A stretch of DNA of 64,000 bases from an uncultured Candidatus Saccharibacteria bacterium. Its GTDB lineage: Bacteria; Patescibacteriota; Saccharimonadia; Saccharimonadales; JAGQNJ01. Position numbers and translations under genes: made by a program. Below the pieces are notes generated by a model, which saw only the letters and a program-made list of their open reading frames with translations, was not told the DNA's origin and ran no database searches. Where the stretch lies: assembly GCA_964493895.1 (NCBI GenBank), contig CAZBPY010000003.1, positions 15,176-79,175 of the forward strand, in the 5' to 3' direction. Positions 50,519 to 59,975 of the stretch are shown here, one piece after another. Position 1 is the stretch's first letter. Each line of letters starts with the position of its first letter.

Positions 50519-52483
50519 CTATTGGAGTACAGCTTTTATGCGGCGTATACCGGCAGAGGATGATTCTTCTTTGACAATCTTGAATTTCTTACCGTCTTCG
50601 GTCAATTGAGCAGTGTGCTCAACATGCGGACCGCCGCAGATTTCGAAACTGTAGGGCCGCTCATCGGGCGGTGACTTCGGATCTTTCATCGAATAAACTT
50701 TGACAGTGTCGCCATAGCGGTCGCCAAACTGTCCCAAAGCTCCTAGTTTGCCGGTGGCCTCTTCGGTAGGATATTCTTTCCAGGTAATTTTCAGATCCTT
50801 AGCAATCTCACGATTGACGATGTCTTCGACTTGTTTGATCTCTTCTGGCGTAACTTTTTGAGGATGCGAGAAATCGAACCGTAAGCGTTCCTCGGTGATA
50901 TTCGAGCCATGCTGAATCACATGATCCCCTAGGACATCGCGCAGAGCCTGATACATCAAGTGCGTCGCCGTGTGGTACTTCCTGTGTTGCATGGTCTGAC
51001 CGCCCAAACCACCTTTGAATGTACCCTTTGCCGCCGTTTGTGACCTCTGACGCTGTTCTTCCATCTTGGTATCAAACTGTTTTTTCCAATTCTTTGATAC
51101 CGGTATGTCTCGTTTAAAGGCTTCCTCTAGACTAAGCTCTACAGGAAAACCATGCGTATCATATAGTTTAAAAATTAGTTCTCCATTAATCTCTTTTTTC
51201 TTAACGGAGGCAAGAATTTTATTTCCATTTTCATCTGTAATACTATCTCCATCGTGATCCGTCAGAGGTTCGTTCTTCAAAAACTCTTTCAAACCTTTGC
51301 GCAGCGTCTGACGGAAAACTTTTTCTTCTTTGGTCAAGACTTCTATGACCTTGGTTTCATTCTTAGCAACTTCCGGAAAATCTTCCTTGTAGAGATCGAC
51401 TATCACTGGCACAACTTCCTGGAGGAAGTTCTGCTCGACACCAAGATCAAAAGCAAAACGAATAGCTCGGCGCAACAAACGGCGCATCACATAGCCTTGC
51501 TCTTTGTTAGAAGGAGTGACCCCGTCGACCGCCAGCCAAGTGGCACCCTTGAGATGATCAGCAATAACCCGCATAGCATTGGTGTTGGAATCGTAGGTTT
51601 TGCCACTTAATTTCTCTAGTTTCTCAATTATGGGCCAAAACAGGCTAATTCGGAAAACGTCCGGATTATCCAAAACGGCGGCAGCGATACGTTCCAGGCC
51701 AGAACCTTGGTCGATGTTCGGAGCTTCCAACTCCACAAAACCATCTTCGGTTTTCTTATAGCCCATGAAGACGTTGTTGCCGATTTCGAAAAACCGCGGT
51801 GAATCGCTGGCCGGATGTGGTTTACCCCATTTCGTTTCATCGTGATACTGCTCGCCAAAATCAAAGAACATCTCAGAATCCGGCCCGCACGGATCACCCA
51901 CCAAGGTTCCTTCCTCATCACCGTTACGGCTCCACCAGTTTTCCTGGCCGTCATAGAGGAAGATGCGCCCTCCTTGCATGCCCAGTTCGGCTCCCTTTTC
52001 AGCAGGACCAACTTCAACGACTTTGGCGTCAATGCCGCGCTTTTTAAACTCAGCTTGCCACAAAGAAATGGCTTCATCGTCCCTAGGGATGCCGTATTTT
52101 TCGTTGCCGATATAGCACGAAACATAGACTCGATTCGGGTCCAGGCCAACTTCGTCGAACAAAAACTCGGCCATCCAAGGAATTTGCTCTTTCTTGAAAT
52201 AATCCCCCAAACTCCAGTTGCCCAGCATCTCAAATGTCGTGGTGTGCGATTCGTCGCCAACTTCCTCAATATCCTGGGCTCGCAAACACACCTGACTATC
52301 TGTTAACCGTTTACCTTTGGGATGAGTCTCGCCCAGCAGATACGGTATCATCGGCTGCATACCCGACCCAGTAAACAGCGTCGTTGGATCGTTTTGCGGC
52401 ACTAAAAGAGCCCGCGGAATAATCTTATGCCCGCGCTCCTCAAAAAATTTCAAGTATGCCTGGCGAATTTCCTGAGCTGTCAT
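50519..52483 (-). CDS. alaS: Alanine--tRNA ligase (short form lacking the C-Ala domain)
   Basis: Class II catalytic core and editing domain HxxxH/CxxxH (HTATHLMYQAL). Start set at MTAQEIRQ (ATG 52483) with TGTTATAAT 7 nt upstream. Confidence 0.9.
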   Translation of the reverse strand: MTAQEIRQAYLKFFEERGHKIIPRALLVPQNDPTTLFTGSGMQPMIPYLLGETHPKGKRLTDSQVCLRAQDIEEVGDESHTTTFEMLGNWSLGDYFKKEQIPWMAEFLFDEVGLDPNRVYVSCYIGNEKYGIPRDDEAISLWQAEFKKRGIDAKVVEVGPAEKGAELGMQGGRIFLYDGQENWWSRNGDEEGTLVGDPCGPDSEMFFDFGEQYHDETKWGKPHPASDSPRFFEIGNNVFMGYKKTEDGFVELEAPNIDQGSGLERIAAAVLDNPDVFRISLFWPIIEKLEKLSGKTYDSNTNAMRVIADHLKGATWLAVDGVTPSNKEQGYVMRRLLRRAIRFAFDLGVEQNFLQEVVPVIVDLYKEDFPEVAKNETKVIEVLTKEEKVFRQTLRKGLKEFLKNEPLTDHDGDSITDENGNKILASVKKKEINGELIFKLYDTHGFPVELSLEEAFKRDIPVSKNWKKQFDTKMEEQRQRSQTAAKGTFKGGLGGQTMQHRKYHTATHLMYQALRDVLGDHVIQHGSNITEERLRFDFSHPQKVTPEEIKQVEDIVNREIAKDLKITWKEYPTEEATGKLGALGQFGDRYGDTVKVYSMKDPKSPPDERPYSFEICGGPHVEHTAQLTEDGKKFKIVKEESSSAGIRRIKAVLQ

Positions 52484-52490
52484 CTGCTCT

Positions 52491-52499
52491 ATTATAACA
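52491..52499 (-). promoter_or_regulatory. Extended -10 TGTTATAAT, 7 nt upstream of the alaS ATG (leaderless-type)
   Basis: Same acctctgttataatag 15-mer as upstream of leuS. Confidence 0.45.
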
Positions 52500-52503
52500 G
52501 AGG

Positions 52504-52755
52504 TTAGTCTTTGGTCGAGCAGAGCAGTAGAATGCCCGATACTGGGTTCACAAATATCAGCGTGCAAACGCCGAAGGCGACGGTGTTATTCTTGGTTCCT
52601 TTGTAAATACCCCAAGAAATGACGGTCATTGGAATCATCCAGGCCAACGGAATAAGTAGCCAACCGAACGCTACAGTTGAAATAATGTTAAAAATAAAGG
52701 CAATCAAGCGTAGCGTCTCATCGGTGCTGCTAACATTTGTTTTTGCTTTTGCCAT
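52504..52755 (-). CDS. Hypothetical small membrane protein (83 aa)
   Basis: Two TM helices. aGGGAG SD 6 nt upstream. Confidence 0.45.
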   Translation of the reverse strand: MAKAKTNVSSTDETLRLIAFIFNIISTVAFGWLLIPLAWMIPMTVISWGIYKGTKNNTVAFGVCTLIFVNPVSGILLLCSTKD

Positions 52756-52795
52756 ATCTATCTCCCTGTTAATAATTTATTAAATCATACCTTAT

Positions 52796-53854
52796 TCACC
52801 TCTGTTGAGCAATAATCCCGCCACCCAAGACTTTGTCGCCGTCGTAGATAACGGCCGACTGTCCAGGGGTGGCAGCCCGGATTTCATCTGACAACGCTAC
52901 CTGTAGCGTACCTTTCTTCGATGACGCTATATCTAGCGTCCCGCCTACCAGAGGTGCTCTATGTCTAGTGCGAACTTGAACCTTAGCCCCATCCCTAGGA
53001 GTATCATTAATCCAGTGGACATCCTCCAGAGAAAGTTGTTTATACCACAATCTTTTATCACCTAAATCCGTTGTGACGTAAACTTCGTTTTTGTCCATAT
53101 CCTTCCCGGCGACGTAATATGGTAAGCCGCCGCCGACTCCCAAGCCCTGCCGCTGGCCAATGGTGTAGAAAATCGCTCCGTCGTGCTGGCCTACCTCGGC
53201 ACCATTCTCGTCAATGATGCGGCCGGGCTTGGTCTTAACGTACTGGCTGAGAAATTCTTTGATGCCGACTTTGCCGACAAAGCAAATGCCCATACTTTCC
53301 TTTTTGCCAGCTGTAACTAGGCCAAATTCTTTTGCCAGTTTTCGAACCTCTGGCTTGGTTAGATCACCCAACGGTAACCGGGTTCGCTGCAGAGCCTCTT
53401 CAGTTACCCTGTACAAAAAATAAGTCTGGTCTTTGTTGTCGTCTTTAGCCTTAAGCAGCTGGCCATCTTCAGCTCGAGCATAGTGTCCGGTGGCAATCAG
53501 ATCGGCTCCTTCTTCCAGGCAAGTTTCCAAAAACAGCTTGAACTTGACCTCTTGATTGCACATGATGTCCGGGTTCGGCGTTCGGCCCGCCCGGTATTCA
53601 GCAATCATGTAGTCAACGACTTTTTGCTTGTACTGCTTTTCAAAATCAAATACCTTAAAATCAATACCCAATTGCACCGCCACCCGCTTAGCGTCCTCAA
53701 AATCCTCTTTCCAGGGGCAAACAAAGCCAGGCAGGCTCTTAGTCCAGTTCTTCATATAAACGCCAACGACGTTATAACCCTGCTGTTTGAGCAGAGCTGC
53801 AGCCACCGACGAATCCACGCCGCCGGACATACCAACGTAAACTGTCTTAGCCAT
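52796..53854 (-). CDS. mnmA: tRNA-specific 2-thiouridylase MnmA
   Basis: PP-loop VGMSGGVDSSVAA and the catalytic Cys pattern. Confidence 0.9.
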   Translation of the reverse strand: MAKTVYVGMSGGVDSSVAAALLKQQGYNVVGVYMKNWTKSLPGFVCPWKEDFEDAKRVAVQLGIDFKVFDFEKQYKQKVVDYMIAEYRAGRTPNPDIMCNQEVKFKLFLETCLEEGADLIATGHYARAEDGQLLKAKDDNKDQTYFLYRVTEEALQRTRLPLGDLTKPEVRKLAKEFGLVTAGKKESMGICFVGKVGIKEFLSQYVKTKPGRIIDENGAEVGQHDGAIFYTIGQRQGLGVGGGLPYYVAGKDMDKNEVYVTTDLGDKRLWYKQLSLEDVHWINDTPRDGAKVQVRTRHRAPLVGGTLDIASSKKGTLQVALSDEIRAATPGQSAVIYDGDKVLGGGIIAQQR

Positions 53855-54998
53855 TCAAAATCTCCTTGAGCGCAGTAACGGTTTTCTTAATTTCGCTGTT
53901 AGTTGTGCTTCGGCCGAGCGTGAAGCGCAGGGTTGAGCGAGCAGCTTCATCAGATAGGCCGATGGCTCGCAGAACGTGCGACGACTCCTCTTTGCTGGCG
54001 CTGCAGGCTGAACCGACGGCGCAAATGATTCCGGCTTCGTCGAGTTGCATCATCAGCCGTTCGTTGTCTTGTCCGGGAAAAGTCACGTTGACATTATTGG
54101 GCAAACGCTTTTTAAGCGAACCGTTGATGATAACCTCGGACAGTTCAGCCTGCAGCGCCCTGATAAACTCATCGCGTAACTGGGTGAGGCGGCGGCTTTC
54201 ATCGGCGCGCATCTTCTGAGCTATCTCTAAGGCTTTGGCCATGCCGGCGGCGGCGGCCACATTTTCGGTGCCCGACCTTAGCCCGCGCTCTTGGCCGCCG
54301 CCGCGCACTTGCGGCACCAGTTTTACCCCTGTTCGGACGTATAAAACACCCGACTGCTTAGGTCCGTAAATCTTGCCAGCGTTCAGAGTCATTAGATCCA
54401 CACCTAGACTGGCAACATGCAAGTCCAAATAGTTGGCGGCCTGACAAGCGTCGGTGTGGAAATATAAGGGTAATTCGTTACCAGCGACACGTCGCTGTTG
54501 GCGAATTTTTTGCAACAATGTCGCAATTTCTTTCAGGGGCTGAATAGCACCGATTTCATTATTGGCATACATAACACTGACCAGCACGGTATTATTGTCG
54601 ATTTTATCTTCTAAGCTCTTTAGATCAATTAGACCTTCTTTGGTCACAGCCGCTTCATGGCGGCCGAATTGACCAGCTGGTTCGCGAACTGATTCGTGCT
54701 CGATAGCACTAATCACTAGGTTGGCATTTGGGAATTGCTCCAAGACACCGGTAATCGCTAGGTTGTTGGCCTCGGTACCGCCAGCCGTAAAAATCACTTC
54801 AGACGGCTTGGCGCCCAACCAATGGGCCACCGACTCGCGGGCGGCCGACAGGTCGGCTGCCACGGCTTTGGCCGCTAAATAATTAGCTGACGGATTGAAA
54901 AACTTTTCAGAAAAATAAGGCTCCATAGCCTTTAGAACCGCCGAATCTACAGGGGTAGCAGCAGCATAATCCAAATAAATTGGTGTCGAGGCACTCAT
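53847..54998 (-). CDS. Cysteine desulfurase (class V aminotransferase, IscS/NifS-like)
   Basis: PLP-lysine region and active-site Cys loop (GSACSAS). Adjacent to mnmA. Confidence 0.85.
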   Translation of the reverse strand: MSASTPIYLDYAAATPVDSAVLKAMEPYFSEKFFNPSANYLAAKAVAADLSAARESVAHWLGAKPSEVIFTAGGTEANNLAITGVLEQFPNANLVISAIEHESVREPAGQFGRHEAAVTKEGLIDLKSLEDKIDNNTVLVSVMYANNEIGAIQPLKEIATLLQKIRQQRRVAGNELPLYFHTDACQAANYLDLHVASLGVDLMTLNAGKIYGPKQSGVLYVRTGVKLVPQVRGGGQERGLRSGTENVAAAAGMAKALEIAQKMRADESRRLTQLRDEFIRALQAELSEVIINGSLKKRLPNNVNVTFPGQDNERLMMQLDEAGIICAVGSACSASKEESSHVLRAIGLSDEAARSTLRFTLGRSTTNSEIKKTVTALKEILNG

Positions 54999-55022
54999 AT
55001 CTATAGCCTAACGCTTTAGGGC

Positions 55023-55421
55023 TTAGGAAACAAAGTTATAAACTTCTTTGCGAACCCGGTCCTGGTACAGAGTCGCAGCATCGTACAGACGGCGAACTTC
55101 ATCTCGTGAAGCCCGTTTATAGGCTCCGCCATTTTGTGACTTCAAAACACCAGCCGGTTGGACGTTATAGCGAGTCGAAACAATCCGATGTCGGCCATTT
55201 TGGTCAGTCCATTCTTCGTGCCAGACCCAAGTATGTTCATCCAGACAGAAAAACTCGCGTTTGCGGCCCTTGGGAATTGGACCAAAAACCTGGCCGCCGA
55301 CTCGAGCTTCGCGGCGAATCAAACTCTGGCGCAAAGCCTGCAGGCGACCCTGTTGCCGGCCCGAATTAGACGGCATCAATAAATCAAGCAGCTTGGCCAT
55401 AATTTTCCTCGATTTCTTCAA
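55023..55421 (-). CDS. Hypothetical basic protein (132 aa)
   Basis: ORF only. Confidence 0.35.
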   Translation of the reverse strand: MKKSRKIMAKLLDLLMPSNSGRQQGRLQALRQSLIRREARVGGQVFGPIPKGRKREFFCLDEHTWVWHEEWTDQNGRHRIVSTRYNVQPAGVLKSQNGGAYKRASRDEVRRLYDAATLYQDRVRKEVYNFVS

Positions 55422-55776
55422 AGGCAGCTTCTATTTTTTGTCGAGCTGTCTTCTCATTAATCTCTTCATCAGCCGGCCCGTTGTTTTCAGCCTGGTCGGT
55501 CTGTTCGGCCTGATTGGGCACTGCATAAGTCTCAGGCTGAGTTGCTACTACTCCAACTACCGAGCTGGCTTGCTCCAGTTTGGCGGCATCGGCCCGGGCG
55601 ACTTCTTCTTCTTTAACCAAAGCTTGATAAGCATTGCCCACCCCATAGCTTATTTGGTCCAGACGAGCCTGAAGAAACTGGGCAACTTCTGGGCTAAGAC
55701 CCATCGACGCCTGTGATGTTTCTTTGTCGCTGCCGCGCAGAAATTCTCCGATACCTTCTATAACTTCTTGTAACAT
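55384..55776 (-). CDS. Hypothetical acidic protein (130 aa)
   Basis: ORF only. Overlaps the previous ORF, so one of the two starts is wrong. Confidence 0.35.
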   Translation of the reverse strand: MLQEVIEGIGEFLRGSDKETSQASMGLSPEVAQFLQARLDQISYGVGNAYQALVKEEEVARADAAKLEQASSVVGVVATQPETYAVPNQAEQTDQAENNGPADEEINEKTARQKIEAAFEEIEENYGQAA

Positions 55777-56550
55777 TTAAGCCTTAATTCTGAATAATTT
55801 CTCTGCGTTGTGAGTAGTTGCTTTGGCAATTTCTTCTAGAGATTCACCTCGTAAACTGCTCAGAAACTCCGCCGTCACACGAACGTGCTTAGGCTGACAG
55901 ATTGTACCACGAAAAGGAACAGGAGTCAAGAAAGGAGCGTCAGTTTCTAACAGTAGTTTTGACAACGGCACTTTTTTAGCCATTTCCAGCTGTTTCTCCT
56001 CTTTAGTAAAGGTCATAATGCCATTTAAGCCAATATAAAGCTCTCTACGCAATATTTTATTCATTTCCGCAATAGTGCCGGTGAAACTATGCACCACGCC
56101 CCTAACCCCCTCAAAATCGTCCAAAATGGCAAAAAAATCATCGAAGGCTTCTCGTACGTGGAAAACTAGGGGCAAACCGTGTTCCTGGGCCAATGTCAAC
56201 TGAAACCTCAATAGCTTCTTCTGATCCTTCTTTGGAGAGTGATTGTAATAATAATCCAAACCTGTTTCGCCAACGGCTACCACTTTGGGCTTGGTGGCCA
56301 AATCACTAAATTGCTGCAAAGCCTTTTCGTCCCCGACATAGACCGAACCTTCGTGTGGATGGAGGCCAATAGTTGCCCAAACATTGTCATGTCGGGCGGC
56401 CATCTCAATTGCTGATTTTGAGTCAGGCAAGCTACAGCCGACACACAACACTTTAGTTACCTCGTCATCAGCGGCGGCCTTTAGGACTTCATCCGGATCA
56501 AGCTCATAATCCGGAAACTGAATATGTGCGTGGGTATCAACCAACTTCAT
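55777..56550 (-). CDS. tatD: TatD family metal-dependent hydrolase (DNase)
   Basis: MKLVDTHAHIQ N-terminal HxH and TIM-barrel metal ligands. Confidence 0.85.
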   Translation of the reverse strand: MKLVDTHAHIQFPDYELDPDEVLKAAADDEVTKVLCVGCSLPDSKSAIEMAARHDNVWATIGLHPHEGSVYVGDEKALQQFSDLATKPKVVAVGETGLDYYYNHSPKKDQKKLLRFQLTLAQEHGLPLVFHVREAFDDFFAILDDFEGVRGVVHSFTGTIAEMNKILRRELYIGLNGIMTFTKEEKQLEMAKKVPLSKLLLETDAPFLTPVPFRGTICQPKHVRVTAEFLSSLRGESLEEIAKATTHNAEKLFRIKA

Positions 56551-56617
56551 AATGATATTCTACCACTGTTAGTTTGAGCTTGCCTGAGTCACTGAATCTA
56601 TCCGGCGGCGCTAGCCT

Positions 56618-56653
56618 CCCCGGATCGGTCCCCGGATCGGTCCCCGGACCGGT
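56618..56653. repeat. Tandem 12-bp repeat (CCCCGGATCGGT) x3 in the metG-tatD intergenic region
   Basis: Three head-to-tail copies. The third has one mismatch. Confidence 0.6.
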
Positions 56654-56661
56654 CGAATCGC

Positions 56662-56683
56662 AATATATCTTTAAAGATATATC
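56662..56683. repeat. AT-rich palindromic repeat element, copy 3 (AATATATCTTTAAAGATATATC)
   Basis: Perfect 10-bp arms. Overlaps the metG stop codon by 2 nt. Confidence 0.6.
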
Positions 56684-58148
56684 AGGTTTTAGCAGGCTTG
56701 GATGTGCTGGTAGCATCAATATCTGTTCGCGGGAACAGAGTGGTCTTCGGCGCCCGAATCACGCCTTCTTCAAAGATGTGCCGGATGCGAACAGCGGTCT
56801 CTGGCAAAAACGGCTCGAGCATCTCGGCAATTTGCAGTAAACTAGCCACTTGATAGCTCAACACCTCTTGCAGGTGGCCCTCGGTGTCGTCTTTGGCGAT
56901 TTCCCAAGGTTTTTGCTCTTCAATATACTGGTTCAGACCCCTGATACGGTTCCAAATTATCTCTAGAGCCCGGTCAAACTTACAATCAAGAATAGCTTCT
57001 TCAAACTGACCGACATCATGGCCGACATCCGGCAAAGTACCGATCAGGCCGTTTTGATAGCTCTGGATCATAGCCAGCGTTCGCTGGACGGTATTGCCCA
57101 ACTCATTGGCTAGATCGGTGTTATACACCTCGTCCAGCTTTTGCCACATAAAGTTACCATCTTCGTAACTGGGGATATAGCGCAGGAAATAATAGCGAAA
57201 AGTGTCAACACCATATTTATCAACAACGTCCTTAGGATGAATTACGTTGCCAAGCGACTTGCTCATCTTCTTTCCCTCAACATTTATGAAGCCATGGACA
57301 TAAAGAGTTTTTGGTAAGGGTAGGCCCAGCGCCAATAACATTCCCGGCCAAATCGCGGCGTGAAACCGGATGATATCCTTGCCAATAACTTGAATATCGG
57401 CCGGCCAAAACTTCTTGAAGTCAGCGTGTTCGGGATAGCCAAGCACGGTGATGTAATTCATCAAGGCCTCAAACCAAACGTACATTACCTGATTGGCGTC
57501 ACCCGGCACTGGGATTCCCCAGCTGATTTTGTCTTTCGGCCGGGAAATGCTGATGTCCTCCAGGCCTTCGTTGATAATAGCTAAAATCTCATGTTTGCGG
57601 GTGCTGGGGATAATTCGAAAACTACCTTCTTCGATGGCCTTTTTAATCTGCGGAGCGAAAGCTGACAAGCGAAAGAAATAATTTTCTTCTTCGATTTTTT
57701 CGTACGGCCGGTTGTGGTTCGGGCAAACACCGCCGTTAGCCTTGACAATTTGCTCGGTGAAAAAAGCCTCGTCACCAGTGCAGTACCACCCCTCATATTT
57801 GCCTTTGTAAATGTGCTTGGCCAGGTTCTTCCAGACAATCTGAGCTCGTTGTTCGTGCCCCTGATCCGTAGTCCGGATAAATCGGTCGTTAGAAATGTTG
57901 AGCAGCTTGGTCAGATTCTGGAAACTCTGGCTGATGCTGTCAGCATAATCTTTGGGGGTCAGTTTAGCCTCGGCGGCTTTCTCGGCGATTTTACCCCCAT
58001 GCTCGTCAGTACCAGTACTGAACAAGGTGGTCTTACCGCGCTGGCGAGCAAACCGAGCCAAAACATCAGCGTAAACCAATTCCATGCCAAAGCCAACATG
58101 CGGCTCATCATTAATATATGGAATTGCGGTCGTCACATAATAGTTCAT
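56682..58148 (-). CDS. metG: Methionine--tRNA ligase (short form)
   Basis: Class I HIGH-region variant (PHVGFGMELVYADV) and KMSKSLGN. Confidence 0.9.
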   Translation of the reverse strand: MNYYVTTAIPYINDEPHVGFGMELVYADVLARFARQRGKTTLFSTGTDEHGGKIAEKAAEAKLTPKDYADSISQSFQNLTKLLNISNDRFIRTTDQGHEQRAQIVWKNLAKHIYKGKYEGWYCTGDEAFFTEQIVKANGGVCPNHNRPYEKIEEENYFFRLSAFAPQIKKAIEEGSFRIIPSTRKHEILAIINEGLEDISISRPKDKISWGIPVPGDANQVMYVWFEALMNYITVLGYPEHADFKKFWPADIQVIGKDIIRFHAAIWPGMLLALGLPLPKTLYVHGFINVEGKKMSKSLGNVIHPKDVVDKYGVDTFRYYFLRYIPSYEDGNFMWQKLDEVYNTDLANELGNTVQRTLAMIQSYQNGLIGTLPDVGHDVGQFEEAILDCKFDRALEIIWNRIRGLNQYIEEQKPWEIAKDDTEGHLQEVLSYQVASLLQIAEMLEPFLPETAVRIRHIFEEGVIRAPKTTLFPRTDIDATSTSKPAKT

Positions 58149-58213
58149 CTCTGGTAGTATAACGAACTTCTAAGGCCAATCAAAAAGTATGCCCTGATAC
58201 CATCCGCCAGTCC

Positions 58214-58672
58214 TTGCTTGTTGAAGTAAAGGGGAATATAGTTGTTAATATGAATTGGGGTAAGTTTCAAGGGGAACACTCCCGTAATGCGGGGGGAGCA
58301 ATTGCAGATACAGACTTTGATGTGGTGTCCATCGGGAGAGCTATGTTGGATCATAACAATGGCTGTGGTGTCCAGGAGGGGCTGGCCTGTGCTGACTGTT
58401 GGAAATCAGCTAAAATAGTTACTGCATCACTAAGAGAAAGAGGTTATCTTGGCGACAGCCCCGGCCCATTCAGTAAAATTAGATGGCAGGTGCAATCAGA
58501 TATGAGTGGACCGTGGCACTTTGATTTAGAGGAAGATCACCCCTATGTTGTGACCTCCGTAGAAGCACTGGGGCAATTTGAAAATGCCTGGTCAGAAGAG
58601 CCAGTAGAGTTCAGTAAAGTTGCAGTGTCAGCTTTAATTCGAGCTCAACGTCTAGAAAGAATTACTCCGTAG
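58214..58672 (+). CDS. Hypothetical protein (152 aa) containing three Cys, divergent from metG
   Basis: ORF only. Purine-rich and compositionally unlike its neighbours. Could instead be part of a structured leader. Confidence 0.3.
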   Translation: MLVEVKGNIVVNMNWGKFQGEHSRNAGGAIADTDFDVVSIGRAMLDHNNGCGVQEGLACADCWKSAKIVTASLRERGYLGDSPGPFSKIRWQVQSDMSGPWHFDLEEDHPYVVTSVEALGQFENAWSEEPVEFSKVAVSALIRAQRLERITP

Positions 58673-59966
58673 GGTCGATGTAGTCCTTGCACAGCCGTTC
58701 AAAAATAGCATTGGTCCAACCAAAACCAGTTTGCGAAGGATAAAGCCCTTTTTGCGGTGGCTTGTCGGGGTTGACGACGTTGTATTTTTCCAGGAAAATT
58801 CCGTGTTTGTTAAACCAATCCAGATTGATGCGCAGCCATTTCATGGCGATGCGGCGGGCATCTTTGTGATAGCCATATCTTTCCAGGCCCTGAATAACGA
58901 TCCATTCCAAGGGCGCCCAACCATTAGGATGCGCCCACTGGGTTGGCAAACTGCCCGGCACCAAGTGACTGACTGGCTGATTGTCGGTGGTGCTGAGCCC
59001 GCCGCGGTTCTCGAACCGGCCCAAAGCGCCAATCAGTTTCCGAGCCCGGGCGTCATCGACCATGCCGGCCCACAGCGGGAAGAATCCAGCCAGTGAACTG
59101 ATGTTACCGCGGCGCTCTTTAACAAAATTGTAATCATAGTAAAAGCCTTTGGCATTACTCCACATCAGCTCGTCCATCATCTGTTTTCGGGTATGAGCCC
59201 GGTTCAGCCAAACGCCGGCCTCGTTGTCTCGGCCTAAAATTTTGGCGGCTCGGGCAAAGTCCGATTCGTACCGATATAACAGGGAGTTCAAATCGACAGG
59301 TAAATAATTCAGTGCTCGGCGGTTAAAACGCGGCGTCATATCCCAACCGCTCTCGGCTTCAGCCAGGTCGTTAAGCATGTTGATGTCGTAATAGCGGCTC
59401 AGGCCCATATAAACCGCTCGCCAGTTTGGCTTGGCCGTTCCCAGCCAAACAGTCGAATACTCATCATGAGCCACAGCGATGTGCTCTTCCAGCCATTTTC
59501 GATCCTTCTTATAGGTGTCATAAACCTGGAAAATGAAAGTCGTCAGAAACGGCGGCTGGGAGCGCCCCATCAGATAAGTTCGCGAAGCGTTGGGAATAAT
59601 CCGAAACCGCTTTTGCATGCTGATCAAATTTTCTAAAATGCCTTCGACTAGTTGTTGGTGCTCGGCGTCCAACAATCCTTGGACCATAAAAAAGCTGTCC
59701 CAATAATACATTTCGTTGAAATCAAACGGGTGACCCTCTTCATAAGCTGGCACCAAATAGGCGTAGGGCAGGCCAATCAAAGTCTCGTCATCTTTTGGAT
59801 GATAGCGCTCTAACTTCTTCCAATAGGCAGCGATGTACTCTCGAGCCTTGGCCACATCCTGCGGCTGCAGGTCCCGGGTGCGTCCGGCCGGCAGAACTGA
59901 TTTTGCAACGTCTTTTATCTTGCCAAGCATAAGCCTTAGTGTATGCTGGCCCACCTCGGTGGTCAA
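58662..59966 (-). CDS. Trehalase (glycoside hydrolase family 37), cytoplasmic
   Basis: GH37 signatures EMYYWDSFF and QWAHPNGWAPLEW, plus C-terminal GFGWTNA. Confidence 0.8.
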   Translation of the reverse strand: MTTEVGQHTLRLMLGKIKDVAKSVLPAGRTRDLQPQDVAKAREYIAAYWKKLERYHPKDDETLIGLPYAYLVPAYEEGHPFDFNEMYYWDSFFMVQGLLDAEHQQLVEGILENLISMQKRFRIIPNASRTYLMGRSQPPFLTTFIFQVYDTYKKDRKWLEEHIAVAHDEYSTVWLGTAKPNWRAVYMGLSRYYDINMLNDLAEAESGWDMTPRFNRRALNYLPVDLNSLLYRYESDFARAAKILGRDNEAGVWLNRAHTRKQMMDELMWSNAKGFYYDYNFVKERRGNISSLAGFFPLWAGMVDDARARKLIGALGRFENRGGLSTTDNQPVSHLVPGSLPTQWAHPNGWAPLEWIVIQGLERYGYHKDARRIAMKWLRINLDWFNKHGIFLEKYNVVNPDKPPQKGLYPSQTGFGWTNAIFERLCKDYIDPTE

Positions 59967-59975
59967 ATAATTCGC

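Noticed and set aside
48254-52306. Multiple 80-210-aa ORFs antisense to the 545-aa membrane gene, ftsA-like gene and alaS
   Set aside because: Shadow ORFs in GC-balanced long genes with no independent signals.
56537-56719. 60-aa minus-strand ORF with GTDPGTDPG
   Set aside because: Generated by reading through the 12-bp tandem repeat and the palindromic element in an intergenic region.
58149-58661. T-box riboswitch upstream of metG
   Set aside because: Looked for the conserved T-box sequence and specifier/antiterminator arrangement on the minus strand and found no AAUUAGGGUGG-ACCGCG-like box. Not called.
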